Made by a program: the position numbers and the translations under genes | The notes under the pieces: generated by a model | What the model was told of the DNA's origin: nothing | Seen by the model: only the letters and a program-made list of their open reading frames with translations | Databases searched by the model: none | NCBI GenBank assembly: GCA_040954595.2 | Contig: CM082579.2 | Coordinates: 13,579,834-13,643,833, forward strand | Length of the DNA: 64,000 nucleotides | Source: Balanoglossus misakiensis | Taxonomy: Eukaryota; Animalia; Hemichordata | Reading direction: 5' to 3' | Shown: in pieces, positions 62,083 through 64,000 of the stretch | How the letters are laid out: the number at the start of each line of letters is the position of its first letter | How positions within the stretch are numbered: position 1 is the stretch's first letter

Positions 62083-64000
62083 CTTATCGGTAATGGCCCA
62101 ACCTGACTCATTGTTGCCTAGTTCAGTAAAGGGGCGATGTCAGTGGGACTGGCAGTGAGGGGAGACGGTGCATGTTCTCGTTTGTGGTACCGTGTGTTTT
62201 GAAATACAGGAGTCGACAAATGTGACGTGTAATAATTTGTACACAATTTTCTTTACCCCAATACAAAAATGCCTTTCAGCACAGAAAAAACAACAAAGCA
62301 ACGCCATTATCGTTAACACCTAATTGTTTCTCCCAATTTGAAGTGGTCTCTTTCGAAGATAAAGGATTCGTCATGAGAGTTACTCATTGTACAAACTGAC
62401 CACCTGTCAGACATTGTGGATTTTCCTTATATTTCTGCTTTCTATCCGAGTTACTACCTGTCACCTGTCAGACATTGTGGATTTTCTGCTTTCTATCCGA
62501 GTGCAGAGCGGGAAAACCCGCTGAGGCTATACCGCTGTCAGAAGAAACAGCGAGGGCTTCGAACGTATTTTTATTTTTCACACTTAAATCACTGCTCGTA
62601 AATTAATGCATCAAAAGTAAAAGTTTCCTTTTCCCTTTTAAATTTAAAAGTATATATGGCCTATGTCACGATCAAAATTGCGATTGTGTTTATAACTAGC
62701 ATAGCTGCAATAATTAGAGTGATGGGTAGCTATTTTCGCTTGGTTGAATCACGGTCACTCCACAAGGGTCGCGGACGTAGTCAGATTTATGGACGAAAAA
62801 GTCAGAACAATCAAGACCGAGAGTATACTGCGAGCAGTCATACGCATTGATACTCATATGAAATCAACAATGAAGAATAATCTGCATAACAGGAAAAAGA
62901 AAGCCTACTGGTGACTAGCCTGCATATTAGTAAATCACAGGTGTTAATGGGGTGGGCCCCGGGAGGTAGCCTTTGGTCAGTAGGATCGTACCGGCTACCC
63001 CATAAATGTATTTTTCACTAATTTGTGCGATCAAGTTTTTCTCCTCAACATGATCTCCAAAACTATAGAGTCTATTGCAGATTCAAAATCATATCCAGGG
63101 AATCCACAGATCGCGATTCGTGTTTTCTTGTGTTTATATTTAGCTGGAATAATTGTAACGGCACCGTGTCGCTGTTTTTGGTGTAGATGCCCGCACACTT
63201 ACATGCAATGGACCGCAGTTACGTTGCGCGGTCGTGATGTAAATTTAGGAAATAGTGATACACTGCATCTATTAAAGCTTATCTTTGTTTCAGAGTAAAA
63301 ATCTACCCGCTTTCTCTGTACTGTATCTCCCAGCGTCCACGGGTGTTACATGTTTATGCTCGGCCAGCCACGTTCTTCAGGTTGTTATCACCTTTTTGTT
63401 CGTCAGTACTTCAAAATAAAATATGTGTGAACTCAATGAACAAAAACTTCTGAAGTCAGTACATTTTTGTCTGTGGTTTGTTTTAAAAATACAATTTGAT
63501 GCGCCGGTCACTAGGACCCTAGGGTCATAGTTCTGAGTGTCAGGCTCATGAAAACAAGAACAATCTATAACTCAAATATTAGATACATACTAGTATTGTA
63601 AGTTGCGTCTTACAAAGCACAATAATGTGACTTCATCCATTTCCCAAACAGAGAAACTAAGACAAATCAGTCAGAGTATCGACCACACTGTTGTCTGTGA
63701 TCGACAACACGTATACGCGCGTCCGTTCACCGCGACAATAATGTGTGTAACGATCGTTCAATTCATTCGATCAGGCACTATGAACATGCCCCCGCCGATT
63801 CCACCAGCCGCCCACCTTGTCACCAACACCACTCCCACCACGCCCAGCCGCTGATATTACACCACCGTTCCAAACTACACTACAGCCGGCAGTACAGCCG
63901 ATTCTCACGTCTCCGCAGACAACGGGGATGATTGAGACTACTCCGCCTCCACTATGGTTCCCTCCTATCACCGGGGATGTTCTCATACCAGAATCATATA

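Noticed and set aside
63603-64000. Pro/Thr-rich coding-like stretch at the window end
   Set aside because: Frames are short and interrupted, with no recognisable domain; it cannot be assigned without downstream sequence.

Overview
Eukaryotic (animal, probably marine invertebrate; inference) DNA made almost entirely of nested transposable elements and satellites. I find no convincing ordinary host gene. From left to right: (1) a ~190-bp satellite interrupted by two TTAA-flanked Kolobok-like DNA elements, one a 1.8-kb foldback carrying THAP-like and P2X7-C/nanor-like relics; (2) a Ngaro-type tyrosine-recombinase (YR) retrotransposon at 3.7-8.0 kb; (3) a decayed Gypsy at 10.1-21.3 kb containing a P-like TIR element, which contains an intact full-length L1/Tx1; (4) a second, decayed L1/Tx1 inserted exactly at the Gypsy end; (5) an 18-kb nest at 27.6-45.7 kb whose outer layer is a ~2.4-kb split-direct-repeat element with no RT or YR, a loxP-like junction and a spliced Thr-rich/CCHC gene, invaded by an RTEX-like LINE (itself holding an intact, very young Gypsy) and by a second Ngaro; (6) a Helentron/HINE-like element; (7) a duplicated decayed L1 interleaved with a ~520-bp satellite that holds a non-autonomous Crypton; (8) unassigned sequence. 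The outer split-repeat element is the most novel-looking system. All calls are from reading the sequence by eye; no database search was run.
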